In this document: positions 1 to 9,145 of the stretch, in pieces
Layout of the letters: each line of letters begins with the position of its first letter
How positions within the stretch are numbered: the first letter of the stretch is position 1
Virus record (IMG/VR): IMGVR_UViG_3300032291_001093
Coordinates: 1 to 55,815 of that record
DNA from: a virus
Lineage: Duplodnaviria; Caudoviricetes
Reading direction: 5' to 3' (one strand)
DNA: 55,815 nt
Position numbers and translations under genes: made by a program
Notes under the pieces: generated by a model
The model's input: only the letters and a program-made list of their open reading frames with translations
Databases searched by the model: none
What the model was told of the DNA's origin: nothing

Positions 1-123
1 CGCAACCTGCACGTCAGGGGCTACTACAACCTCATTAATGGAACCAACATTTTCAACCGCAGTTTTTGTTGTACCCGCTACAGAATCCGCTACAGCCTTA
101 GCTTCTTGGTCTGTTGCTCCAAG
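1..123. repeat. Terminal direct repeat, copy 1 (circular overlap)
   Basis: 1-123 is identical to 55693-55815 and an ORF reads in frame across the join. Confidence 0.97.
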
Positions 124-1695
124 GCTTTTAGCATCCACAAATGCGGTTGTAGATAAGTCACCAGATTTTTCTGTACCTGTTTTTGCTGTAGAGTTATTTA
201 GGCCAAGTGTTTGATTTAAGGATGCAGTAATTCCATATTCTTTATCAAGATCTTTTGCAAATTGTGTTCCCGCCGCTTTTCCTCCAGCCATGAATGCGTT
301 TTTCAAAGCTACATCACCACTTTGTCCGCTAGCAATGGACTGAGCATATGCTGTAGCAGAACTCATCAAAGCATTGCGCTGAACGGCTGTTAATGATGTG
401 TCCGTTAGATATTGATTGCCAATATTGGATATTGCACCCGACACGGCACCTACAGTAATACCTTTGCCAATATCTCTGCCAGATATACCCGCAGAAATAC
501 CCCCTAAAGATGCGTTTCTTGCTACATCTTGTAATAGCTTGCTGTCAATTGATTTAATCGCACTTGATAAACCTGTGTAATCAGCAATTCCGGCAGATAA
601 ATAGCTTGCTACCCCACCTTGGAGCACTTGCGCTGGCGTAGCCCCCCTAGCCAAATCTAACGCAGCTTTAGAAGCAAGTTGTACTGCGATTGATGAGCCA
701 CCAGTTGCAACAGCTAAAGCAATATCTGGAATAATACCAAACTGTCTTATGAATGCACCAAGACTATTGTCTCTTTCCGCCGCTACAGTTGGATTTGCAG
801 AACCATCTGCTCTCCAAGATGCATAAGCAACGGTATCTTTGGGTAATGCTGTTTTATAGCCCCCTTGACCATCTGGGACAAGCGGCCACACTTGAGTACC
901 AGTAAAGTTTAGAAGATTCCCATCTCTATCATAACGAGCATATATTCCATTGCCATTGCTAACATCAACGTTAGCATACGGCATCTGCTCCTCGCCAAAA
1001 TCTAAAGTGCTAGGATCAACTTTTTTAGGAGCCTTATCTAAAATATCTTTGCCCAAACCAAGTATAGATTCAATTTCCGACCTGTTGGATGAGTTTTGCA
1101 AAACTTTGGTGTAAGAATCTTGATCTAATTTTCCAGAATAAGCCAAATCCAGCGCAGTTTGTCGCCCAAAGTTACCGGGCGTCAACTCCCCGCTGGGCGT
1201 AATAGATTTAAATAAATTTAGATATGGTTTGTTTGGATCGTCATAGTCTGCCCCATATAGCTCTCGGCCCGCAGCCTCTTTAAATTGCGCCGCCTCGTTT
1301 GCATCAATAGTATTGCCAAATTGTTGCCGCCAATGCGCTAATCCCTCCGGGTCTGGCGCTCTTTTTAATACATCGTTATATAATTTAACTATTGGGTCTT
1401 CGCTTGAAGTAGCTGTATTTGAGGGTGTAATACCTTGCGTTGTGCTTGAAATTTGAGCAAGGGGTGCTGCACTTGAGGATGTTGTGTCAACCACGGAAGG
1501 AAGGGCGCTAGAGGGGGGTTTATAACCAGTTACAGCCAACTCTTTCGCTGCTTCTTGCCTAAACTGTTCTATTTCGTTTGCTTCAATGGTTGGGCCAAAC
1601 GCTTGTGCCCAGTTTTGAGCGCCCCCCACATCAGGCGCTCTACCCAATATTTTTTGATATAGGCTATCTATGTCTTTAATTGAGTTGTCGATCAT
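1..1695 (-). CDS. 5' part of a ~1233-aa putative internal virion/ejection protein, continuing across the origin into 55692..53686; N-terminal DUF4214-like repeats
   Basis: Absent from the ORF track because it runs off the end. ATG at 1695 (MIDNSIKDIDSLYQKILGRAPD) follows AAAGGT; read by eye, the frame is open to position 1 and joins ...VVVAPDVQVAGNYMPE of the 53686..55704 ORF. Confidence 0.88.
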   Translation of the reverse strand, partial: MIDNSIKDIDSLYQKILGRAPDVGGAQNWAQAFGPTIEANEIEQFRQEAAKELAVTGYKPPSSALPSVVDTTSSSAAPLAQISSTTQGITPSNTATSSEDPIVKLYNDVLKRAPDPEGLAHWRQQFGNTIDANEAAQFKEAAGRELYGADYDDPNKPYLNLFKSITPSGELTPGNFGRQTALDLAYSGKLDQDSYTKVLQNSSNRSEIESILGLGKDILDKAPKKVDPSTLDFGEEQMPYANVDVSNGNGIYARYDRDGNLLNFTGTQVWPLVPDGQGGYKTALPKDTVAYASWRADGSANPTVAAERDNSLGAFIRQFGIIPDIALAVATGGSSIAVQLASKAALDLARGATPAQVLQGGVASYLSAGIADYTGLSSAIKSIDSKLLQDVARNASLGGISAGISGRDIGKGITVGAVSGAISNIGNQYLTDTSLTAVQRNALMSSATAYAQSIASGQSGDVALKNAFMAGGKAAGTQFAKDLDKEYGITASLNQTLGLNNSTAKTGTEKSGDLSTTAFVDAKSLGATDQEAKAVADSVAGTTKTAVENVGSINEVVVAPDVQVA

Positions 1696-1728
1696 ATTAT
1701 TTACCTTTTTTAGACCAGCCCCACCAGG

Positions 1729-2622
1729 CTACCTTCCTAACACGTCTTTATATAGTTTATATATTGGGTCTTCAACTGGAAATCTGTTTGCCTTGGTAGT
1801 GGGGTATGCGCTAATATCGGGAATACCAATCAAGTCTATGATTGGATAAGGCGTAGGATTTAGGGGTAATAAATCCAACTCTGTTTTTGCGGCTTCCACA
1901 AATTGTGCTATTTCGTTTGGATCAATGGTATCTCCAAACTGTTGTTTCCAATATGCTAAACCAGCATCATCAGGGGCTCTACCCAATATTTGTTGAAATA
2001 GATCGTATACTGAGTTTATGTTTGTAGGGGCAGGCATTTTCGGATAATCAATCCTTTCCATTAATGGCCCCTGAAATCTGCTCGGATAATCGCGCCTTTC
2101 AGGGAAAGGATTTTGCAATCTGTCGTAGCCCGGATTTACAGGATTAATTGGAAAGAAATCCCTTTGCGGAGGAACACCTATTTCCCTTAATGGCTCCTCC
2201 TGTCCTTCGTATATGGGCATTGCAGAAACCAATTTTTCAGGGTAAGGCATAGGATTTAGAGGTAATAAAGCCAACTCAGGAGATGCGGCTTGTTTAAACT
2301 GCTCCATTTCGTTTGGGTCAATGGTGTCGCCAAATTGTTGTTTCCAATATTCTAAACCCCCTTCATCAGGAGCCCTTCCCAATATTTGTTGATACAAATC
2401 AGATACTGAGGTTTGATTATTAGGCGATAAAGAAGATAAGGGTGCCGCAGCATTTTTAGCAGCCAACTCTGGAGCAGCAGCTTGTCTAAACTGTTCTATT
2501 TCTGTTGGGTCAACAGTATTGCCAAATTGTTGTGACCAGTATTCTAAACCCCCTGTATCAGGTGCTCTTCCTAATATTTCTTGATATAGGCTATCTACGT
2601 CTTTAATTGAATTTTCGATCAT
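1729..2622 (-). CDS. DUF4214/S-layer-like repeat protein; paralog of the giant protein's N-terminus
   Basis: Three LYQxILGRAPDxxGLxYWxQQFGxTxDPxE repeats plus a truncated fourth; RBS AAGGGA. Confidence 0.8.
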   Translation of the reverse strand: MIENSIKDVDSLYQEILGRAPDTGGLEYWSQQFGNTVDPTEIEQFRQAAAPELAAKNAAAPLSSLSPNNQTSVSDLYQQILGRAPDEGGLEYWKQQFGDTIDPNEMEQFKQAASPELALLPLNPMPYPEKLVSAMPIYEGQEEPLREIGVPPQRDFFPINPVNPGYDRLQNPFPERRDYPSRFQGPLMERIDYPKMPAPTNINSVYDLFQQILGRAPDDAGLAYWKQQFGDTIDPNEIAQFVEAAKTELDLLPLNPTPYPIIDLIGIPDISAYPTTKANRFPVEDPIYKLYKDVLGR

Positions 2623-2634
2623 ATCATTTCCCTT

Positions 2635-2907
2635 CTATGTTCTAGATGCTACTGTATTGACAAGTGCTTCAGCCCATTCTTGCCAATCACTGTAATTGTC
2701 TGTCATTGGAATAGCCTCGTTTGCAAATACGTCAATTGCTCGTATGCCATTCCCCCACATTTTCCAATCTGTCTGCTCGTTTGGAATCTCTAATTGTTGT
2801 GCAGCATACAGCTCGCACATAAGGCTTGCCCAAGAATCAAATGTATGAAATCTTGGATCGTAAACTTGACCTGGGTTTGGGATGCTAGTAGCCACGTACA
2901 TCTCCAA
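2635..2907 (-). CDS. Small putative virion protein (Trp-rich)
   Basis: 90-aa ORF directly after the nozzle-like gene; true start may be a few codons later. Confidence 0.7.
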   Translation of the reverse strand: MEMYVATSIPNPGQVYDPRFHTFDSWASLMCELYAAQQLEIPNEQTDWKMWGNGIRAIDVFANEAIPMTDNYSDWQEWAEALVNTVASRT

Positions 2908-5086
2908 TGTCTGCGTTTAACAATATTCTTCCCAATTGGTAGTCTCCGCCCACTTGGTTAGATACAAGCTTTATCCTTAACTCCCTACGCTGCTCTTTCA
3001 TATCAATCTTGTTAGTAGTGGAGTCAAATACGTAAGGAACAGACTGTGCATCATCTGATTGTGCATAAGGACGGCCTGTGATGTAAAGGGTCATATTCCC
3101 CTCTAGCAAGAAATCAGGCTCTACCCTCTCTAGTCTAAGCCACTTGTTCATTCCCGTCATAGCGGGTTCTGAGGGGCCTCCAGAGACTAATCCAAGGTCA
3201 TTGGTCTCAAAGTAGCTTTCAATAGCTGTAACAGACTGTCCGTTGATGGCGTCTACCCCAAACTCATGTTGAAGAATCTCAATCCTATTTTGAGGTGTTG
3301 AGAACGTCAAAGATGTAGAAGCCGTTGCGGTAGCCGCAGCAGACATTTGGATGCCTTGTAGATACAAAGCTGTAACAGGAATAGAGAATCCTGCACCAGC
3401 TCCGCCAAGCTGTGTATTGGACGCACTTAAAACATCACCTACTTGATAACCTGCGCCTCTAGCTGTTAAGGTAACGGCGGTTACGGCACCACCAGAAACG
3501 GTCACAGTAGCCTTAGCTCCGGCACCGCTGCCTCCAGTAAGGTTGACGTTGGTGTAGGTTCCGTTTACGTATGCAGAGCCTCCAGTAATCGCACCAAGCG
3601 TTTTAATGTTGCTGGTTGTGATTGCGGTCACATAGTTGCCAACGGGAATTCCAGCCCCAGAAATAATCAATCCAAGCTCAACTTGAGTGTTGTAAGTGTC
3701 TAGATAAAGAAACGCACTTCCGTTAACCGTATTGAATGTGTCTATAAACACAGTCTCTTGTGCAAAGGTTTGCCAGTTGGCTTGTACGGGAAATCGAAAA
3801 ACTTGGGAGAAGTAACCAGCAGAGCGGCGAGCGCCTAGAGCTTCGCCAGCGTCATACCAAATGTTTTCTCGGACGTTATAGACAATAGCATCAGTGCATT
3901 CAGTAGCATCTCCGCGAGGATAGAACCACCAAATCTCCCCAAAACGCGGAACTTTAGTAACCCAAACTTTTTGACGTTGATCATAGTTCAGGTTGTCAAA
4001 AAAGTAGTTCTGATTCATGGTGTTGGGAATTTCCTTAACAACACCGTTGTACATCAAGAAACGATCAACCCCGCACCAATAGTAAATACCATCGTATTCA
4101 ATTGCAGACTGGCTAGACAGAATAGAAGACTGCGAGCTAATGATGTCATAACGCCAATACTGAACCGGAGTTCCTGTTCCGCCGATGTAAGACACGCGGA
4201 TTAGGCTATCAAGGCTCCAAAACAGCCCAGAAGGCGCATTTGATCCACCCCTGACGGGTAACCCTTGGACAATCTTTCCTGTAGCTACGTTGGTCGCATT
4301 AGCGTCTGCGGAAGTCCAATCCTGAGCGTTGCCAGCAGAGCAGTTCTGAATCAACCCATTATTTCCATAAACAAACACGTAAGGGTGCAGAGTCACCACA
4401 CCACCAGACACGCTGATGTTGTTGTTAAAGGTGGCTACAACTACTCCTGCGGGCACTACGTTGGACAGAGTTACATTGGTTGTGGAAACCGAAACCACCG
4501 TAGTGTTGGCTGGAATGCCTGTCCCTGTAATGGTTTGTCCAGCAGCAATCAGAGGATTGGAGGCTGGAATCGTAACTACAGCAACTCCAGTAGATGTAAT
4601 TGTGTCATTAAATGTTCCAATCTGTGACATGGTCAAGCCATTGATGTCACCAATTAAAACTGGAGTATTAAAGTCGCTGTCAATTGCGGCAAGGTTTTGC
4701 CCGGGGTGGGCAAGCAAAGACTGAACACCGGCCCCAGCAACGTCATAAAACCCATCAAATTGCCACAAATTTAGGTCTGACGCCGTAAAGTTTGACAATG
4801 CAAAGTTTCCAATTCCAGCACCAACGCCATTATCATCAATAGTGAGCACTTGCAAACCATTGTTATAACCGCTGAAGATGTAATTGAAAGAATTCTGAGC
4901 GTTAACCCAGATGCCTCTTGATGGTCCTGTCATTTGATCGGAAATCACACGATAGCCGCCCATTTTTCTAGGACGACCGCGTTGAAACCTTACCCAGCGG
5001 CCATCATTGTAAAATTGCTTATCAAAGATGGTTCCGTCCCTTTGGACGCCGGGCTTGGTATCAAGAGCAAAGACTTTCTGCGTCAT
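2885..5086 (-). CDS. Tail tubular protein B/nozzle-like protein with inserted beta-rich domains
   Basis: 733 aa; N-terminal WVRFQRGRPRKMGG, and FGEIWWFYP and VYNVRENIWY propeller-like segments; lies upstream of the ejection genes. Confidence 0.65.
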   Translation of the reverse strand: MTQKVFALDTKPGVQRDGTIFDKQFYNDGRWVRFQRGRPRKMGGYRVISDQMTGPSRGIWVNAQNSFNYIFSGYNNGLQVLTIDDNGVGAGIGNFALSNFTASDLNLWQFDGFYDVAGAGVQSLLAHPGQNLAAIDSDFNTPVLIGDINGLTMSQIGTFNDTITSTGVAVVTIPASNPLIAAGQTITGTGIPANTTVVSVSTTNVTLSNVVPAGVVVATFNNNISVSGGVVTLHPYVFVYGNNGLIQNCSAGNAQDWTSADANATNVATGKIVQGLPVRGGSNAPSGLFWSLDSLIRVSYIGGTGTPVQYWRYDIISSQSSILSSQSAIEYDGIYYWCGVDRFLMYNGVVKEIPNTMNQNYFFDNLNYDQRQKVWVTKVPRFGEIWWFYPRGDATECTDAIVYNVRENIWYDAGEALGARRSAGYFSQVFRFPVQANWQTFAQETVFIDTFNTVNGSAFLYLDTYNTQVELGLIISGAGIPVGNYVTAITTSNIKTLGAITGGSAYVNGTYTNVNLTGGSGAGAKATVTVSGGAVTAVTLTARGAGYQVGDVLSASNTQLGGAGAGFSIPVTALYLQGIQMSAAATATASTSLTFSTPQNRIEILQHEFGVDAINGQSVTAIESYFETNDLGLVSGGPSEPAMTGMNKWLRLERVEPDFLLEGNMTLYITGRPYAQSDDAQSVPYVFDSTTNKIDMKEQRRELRIKLVSNQVGGDYQLGRILLNADIGDVRGY

Positions 5087-6327
5087 TAGAACACTCCGCC
5101 GGAAATGCCGCCTGTAAAGGTTCCTGTGCCTGAAATTGTAAGTCCTGTTGCAGACAAATTAAACAAGTTGACGCCAAGAATGGCAATTCCAAACTCTCCA
5201 GAAGCGGGACGGTAAATACCGGTTGAATTTTCAGAAGCAAAGTTAAGAGAGGGTGCGCCAACGGTTCCAGAAACCAAAGAAATGTTATTGGCTCCAGCAG
5301 CAATCGTAGAGGCGTTTAAAAGGTTTACAGAGTCGCAAAGCAAGATAACTTGCTCGCCAGCAGGTACATTTGCGGTACCGCCGCCTCCGGCGCCTGTAGT
5401 AAAGGTTATGGTATATCCCGCACCAGTTCCGTTGGTTTGGTTGGTAATGTAGTAAACCTGAACGGTCTGAGGAAGAGTGACTGTGACGTTGCCGCTCAGA
5501 GTGCCCGTGTACTTCTGTACAACGTTTGCAGCCTCGGAAGAGGTTAGAGTGTAGCTGCCAGATGTAACAGCTTTGGTAAGCTGCGTAAAATTGAACTGAG
5601 TATTGCGTCCAAGGCCGACGGTGAAAAAAGCCACGCCAGAGCAGCAAATAATGCAGGAATCAGAAGGCTGTAGAGAAATGGAAGCAGCACCATTGATTAA
5701 ATTCCCTCCCGATGGGGCAACGACAAGCGTTCCAGTCCCGCCATTTCTTATTAACATGAACCAATCATTACCCAGCGTTGTCGCTGAAGTAAGGGTCAGT
5801 GTACCAGCCCCCGAAGTCCATACGTAAGAAGCGGCCCTATCAGAGGCTATAGCGGTGTAATCCGAAGAGAAGGTGGTGACACTATGGGCGGCGTTTAAAG
5901 TGTTGCTGAGGGCTTTTAAACCGTATCCAGCCAAGGCTCCAGCGTCTACGTTAGAAGACCCCACTCCAAAAGCGATGTTACCCCACGTACCCGCTATGGT
6001 GGCATTTGTGGTGATGTAGATGTAGCGTGAGGCACTTGGGGCCACGCTTGCAATAGAGTTGCCAGCAGCGTCTTTAACGGTAAAGGTGTTAGCCCCGATG
6101 TTACGAATCAGCGCATCTTGACCCACAGAGGCTTGGTTTGCGGGGGGCATAGACAAAGACAAACCAGCAGTAGTGGCTGTAACGTCCATGATTCGAGCAA
6201 CAACATTGTCTGTAACGCCACCGTTAATTGGCCAAAACAGATCAGTATTGGCGGAGAGCGTAACGGATCTGTAAGAAACAGAAGTTGGCTGGATTACGTT
6301 ATCCGTAAAAGGCGAAATAAAGCTCAT
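5086..6327 (-). CDS. Tail/fibre-attachment structural protein
   Basis: 413 aa, G/T/S/A-rich, in the tail operon, ends GISGGVF. Confidence 0.6.
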   Translation of the reverse strand: MSFISPFTDNVIQPTSVSYRSVTLSANTDLFWPINGGVTDNVVARIMDVTATTAGLSLSMPPANQASVGQDALIRNIGANTFTVKDAAGNSIASVAPSASRYIYITTNATIAGTWGNIAFGVGSSNVDAGALAGYGLKALSNTLNAAHSVTTFSSDYTAIASDRAASYVWTSGAGTLTLTSATTLGNDWFMLIRNGGTGTLVVAPSGGNLINGAASISLQPSDSCIICCSGVAFFTVGLGRNTQFNFTQLTKAVTSGSYTLTSSEAANVVQKYTGTLSGNVTVTLPQTVQVYYITNQTNGTGAGYTITFTTGAGGGGTANVPAGEQVILLCDSVNLLNASTIAAGANNISLVSGTVGAPSLNFASENSTGIYRPASGEFGIAILGVNLFNLSATGLTISGTGTFTGGISGGVF

Positions 6328-6953
6328 ATATCCCTCGCAATCGCTTGACGATCCCCAATTCGGGCAACGTCCTCAGTTTTCAGTACATTCATGATTTGTT
6401 CATATTGAGCTTGCCACATAGGAATGCGCTCATCATTCTTCAAGAACGGCATGGCTTGCAGGAGTGATCCATAAAGCAAAGCTTGGGGGGCGTATTCTGT
6501 GAACCAGTTGCTTTGATTGGTGGCGTCTAAAGGTTGGACACGCTCGTAATACAGCACCTCATAGGCATAATCGTCATCAGGTGTAGGTGCAATCATCCAA
6601 TGGGTGTAGTCATAATCACAATAGAAGAAAGGCACATCTTGCTGAGAAGGGTCTGGCCAATATTCTCTTAGGTATTCGTATTTTCTCAAGAATATGGGCT
6701 GGCGCACACCATTAACAGTCACGTTCATGGATACGGTTTTTCTCCAGCGAGCTGGTTTATCTATGACATTTTCGCCTTGAACCATGTTGCTTGTGGCTAC
6801 AGTTAAGTTGCCCAAGAACTTTAAGTCCGCAGCCATGACTTGTTCCGCCAACATAATAAATGTGGGGATTTTGTCGATGGTCGCTTGGTCAGTACGCTCC
6901 AAATATGATTGGATGTTCTCTACCAACGACGAATATGTCATTACGGAAGCCAT
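6324..6953 (-). CDS. Head-tail adaptor/tail tubular protein A-like
   Basis: 209 aa; IPTFIMLAE, IAPTPD, NWFTEYAPQALLYGSLLQA motifs typical of podovirus adaptors. Confidence 0.7.
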   Translation of the reverse strand: MASVMTYSSLVENIQSYLERTDQATIDKIPTFIMLAEQVMAADLKFLGNLTVATSNMVQGENVIDKPARWRKTVSMNVTVNGVRQPIFLRKYEYLREYWPDPSQQDVPFFYCDYDYTHWMIAPTPDDDYAYEVLYYERVQPLDATNQSNWFTEYAPQALLYGSLLQAMPFLKNDERIPMWQAQYEQIMNVLKTEDVARIGDRQAIARDI

Positions 6954-7120
6954 TACCAGTTACCTTTCTTTGCTCCGGCCATGTTGGCTACCAAAGATGG
7001 ATACTTAGTACCCGTGCGCTTTGCGAAAGCCTTTGCGGCTTTGATCTGGTTAGGGCTTAACTCTTTTGGCTTGCCAAGACTTTTAGGGCGGGTTTTTTCC
7101 CACACGGGCTTTGTTGACAT
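6953..7120 (-). CDS. Small basic protein
   Basis: Lys-rich, YPSLVANM; GGGAGG RBS favours the ATG at 7120. Confidence 0.65.
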   Translation of the reverse strand: MSTKPVWEKTRPKSLGKPKELSPNQIKAAKAFAKRTGTKYPSLVANMAGAKKGNW

Positions 7121-7153
7121 TTTAAACCTCCCATTCAAAATTGACAATGTTTA

Positions 7154-7594
7154 TTACATAAGAGCACATTCAGCTTGGCGTCTTTTTAACAAACCAGGTA
7201 ACACTTTACCCCCGCCTTTAGTCCAAAGCATCAATTGCTCTTTAGCTCCATCCCAGTCTTGGGCGTTAATTTTGCGCTTTAGGGTGCTGGTTTGAAGTCT
7301 GCCCACACCTAAGTTATAACAGAAGTCCACTATAGCATTGCATTTACGCTCATCTGTGGCTAGGACGGGGCAGTTTCTTAAAGCTCCAGGCAAGTATGTG
7401 TGCTGGAGTTCGTACATTAATAGATCATTAGCTGCTTTTTGGCTTATTGATGGATCATTAAGAGTGACTTTCTTGCCATCGGCGTAGTAAGTCGATCCGT
7501 AGCCAATAGTGGGGATTCCAGCAGGGCAAAGGTAGGGCTTCGCTTTGAAGCCCTCAAACCGCCTACAAAGCTCTGCGGCGATCTCTAGGTTCAT
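7154..7594 (-). CDS. Endolysin, GH24 phage lysozyme
   Basis: FEG...PYLCPAGIPTIGYGST catalytic region, FCYNLG, LPGLLKRRQAE. Confidence 0.95.
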   Translation of the reverse strand: MNLEIAAELCRRFEGFKAKPYLCPAGIPTIGYGSTYYADGKKVTLNDPSISQKAANDLLMYELQHTYLPGALRNCPVLATDERKCNAIVDFCYNLGVGRLQTSTLKRKINAQDWDGAKEQLMLWTKGGGKVLPGLLKRRQAECALM

Positions 7595-8088
7595 TACAAA
7601 CCTCGTTTAGCTAGTGTGCGGTCAAGTATCCAAAAATTTACGACACCAGAAAGCAACGCCATATCGTCCACAGTCCAGGCAGACTTTAGCAATTCTGGAA
7701 CGGGCTGACCACTAGCATAACCAATAGCGATTGTGGCGGTCTTAAACACGCCGTACAGCAGCAAAAGGTAGTAGGTCATTACAGGGCGCACAGAAGCCGA
7801 TAGAGAGGCTACCCAACCCCCAGTAGCCTTGACCATTTCGGTTTGTTGGTTGATGGCAGCATTGAAGGCATCCATCACACCCGAATCTACGGTGGCTTCT
7901 CTTTGTGCGTTAATTTCAGCTAGTTTCTGTGAGCCACGAACCTTTTCTAGTTCGCATTGTTTGTCGAACATAGATAGCTCATGAAAGCGCTCATTCTTCT
8001 TGTCAAGAAATTTAATAATTTCTGGAACTAAACGAAAAAGGCCCCCAAGAAGAGAGCCAACAATACCGCCACCCAGAAAGTCAAACAT
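7594..8088 (-). CDS. Holin-like membrane protein
   Basis: Hydrophobic segments, ASVRPVMTY and FWILDR, adjacent to the lysozyme. Confidence 0.7.
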   Translation of the reverse strand: MFDFLGGGIVGSLLGGLFRLVPEIIKFLDKKNERFHELSMFDKQCELEKVRGSQKLAEINAQREATVDSGVMDAFNAAINQQTEMVKATGGWVASLSASVRPVMTYYLLLLYGVFKTATIAIGYASGQPVPELLKSAWTVDDMALLSGVVNFWILDRTLAKRGL

Positions 8089-8103
8089 ACGTCACTCCTA
8101 ATT

Positions 8104-8253
8104 TTAGTTCTTCTTGTTATACAACTCAAACAAGACTTTTACCTTTTCCTCAAGGACTGCTACCCTGTTATCAAGCTTTGCAAGAACAATCACAAGAGTA
8201 ACAAAGGCTAATAATAGAGGCCAAAGTTTAGCAAGGATGTCTAAGGTGTCCAT
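8104..8253 (-). CDS. 49-aa single-TM coiled-coil protein (not in ORF track)
   Basis: MDTLDILAKLWPLLLAFVTLVIVLAKLDNRVAVLEEKVKSLFELYNKKN; TGATG overlap with the upstream gene. Confidence 0.75.
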   Translation of the reverse strand: MDTLDILAKLWPLLLAFVTLVIVLAKLDNRVAVLEEKVKVLFELYNKKN

Positions 8254-8486
8254 CATTTGTCTTGCTTGAGTTCAAGCTTGTCCATGATCTTATTGAACAT
8301 GTCTTTGATGTCACGCATGTCTTCGCGGTAGTCATCCCGCTGGACGTAGGCTTTTGGAATCTCTTCACGCAGCTTGGCAAGATCAGATTTTAAGTCTTTC
8401 ACGGCGGCCCAAAGCTCACGAGCAAACCATCCGCATACAGCCATGCAGACTCCGAGTCCAGCGTTAATGAGTGTTTGGGCGTCCAT
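8253..8486 (-). CDS. Single-TM coiled-coil protein, lysis-associated
   Basis: N-terminal hydrophobic helix followed by a charged heptad segment. Confidence 0.7.
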   Translation of the reverse strand: MDAQTLINAGLGVCMAVCGWFARELWAAVKDLKSDLAKLREEIPKAYVQRDDYREDMRDIKDMFNKIMDKLELKQDK

Positions 8487-8488
8487 GA

Positions 8489-8671
8489 TTATTTCTCTGA
8501 TAGGGGTTGAGTAGTTAAAGTGCGCAGATACGCCATCACCATCGACACGATCAGTAACAGAAATCCCGTATTAGATGCGCCGATCAAAGCGGTCAGCGCA
8601 CCTTGGGATTGCTCCAACACCCCGCATACAGCAAGGATGATGGAGAACCATATGGTTTTAGACTTAAGCAT
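8489..8671 (-). CDS. Small two-TM protein, possible holin
   Basis: KSKTIWF...LRTLTTQPL with two hydrophobic helices. Confidence 0.65.
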   Translation of the reverse strand: MLKSKTIWFSIILAVCGVLEQSQGALTALIGASNTGFLLLIVSMVMAYLRTLTTQPLSEK

Positions 8672-8673
8672 GA

Positions 8674-9126
8674 TTACTCAGGCTGAACAGGCCACTCAAC
8701 TTCCCAAGGAAAGCCAGCCTGATCAGGAACATCACGCAGTGCTTGACGATATGTTGCCCAACCAGCTTTTTGTGTGTTGCTCATAGGGGTGTCGTCTAGC
8801 TGCGTCCAATCGCAATCACGCAGTTTCTCTGTACGCTGTGTACGTACATTCTTAGCTTGCTCTTCGTCTTTAGATGCTTTAGCTTCATCGTCCATATCAG
8901 CTAAGGAATACTTAGTAAACCATTTGCCGTCGATTTGTTGAACGCCATCAGCAAAACCTACTTGATAGCGGGTAGGCTGAGCTTGTGGGCCTTCTAAAAC
9001 CACATCGTAGCCAAACTCGTTATAAGTCTGCTCTGTAATGTGAATAGGAAAACCTGTGCTGGGGAAGGCGGCACGGAACTCGCCATCCGTTACTACGGCT
9101 CCAGTTTGTTTATTACGTAAATTCAT
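8674..9126 (-). CDS. Tail fibre assembly chaperone-like protein
   Basis: C-terminal RTQRTEKLRDCDWTQL...WATYRQALRDVP...WP. Confidence 0.85.
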   Translation of the reverse strand: MNLRNKQTGAVVTDGEFRAAFPSTGFPIHITEQTYNEFGYDVVLEGPQAQPTRYQVGFADGVQQIDGKWFTKYSLADMDDEAKASKDEEQAKNVRTQRTEKLRDCDWTQLDDTPMSNTQKAGWATYRQALRDVPDQAGFPWEVEWPVQPE

Positions 9127-9145
9127 ATTTACTCCTGTTTAAAAT

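Noticed and set aside
1-123. Biological terminal repeat of the packaged DNA
   Set aside because: It falls in the middle of a gene and has the size of an assembler overlap; circular assembly explains it better.
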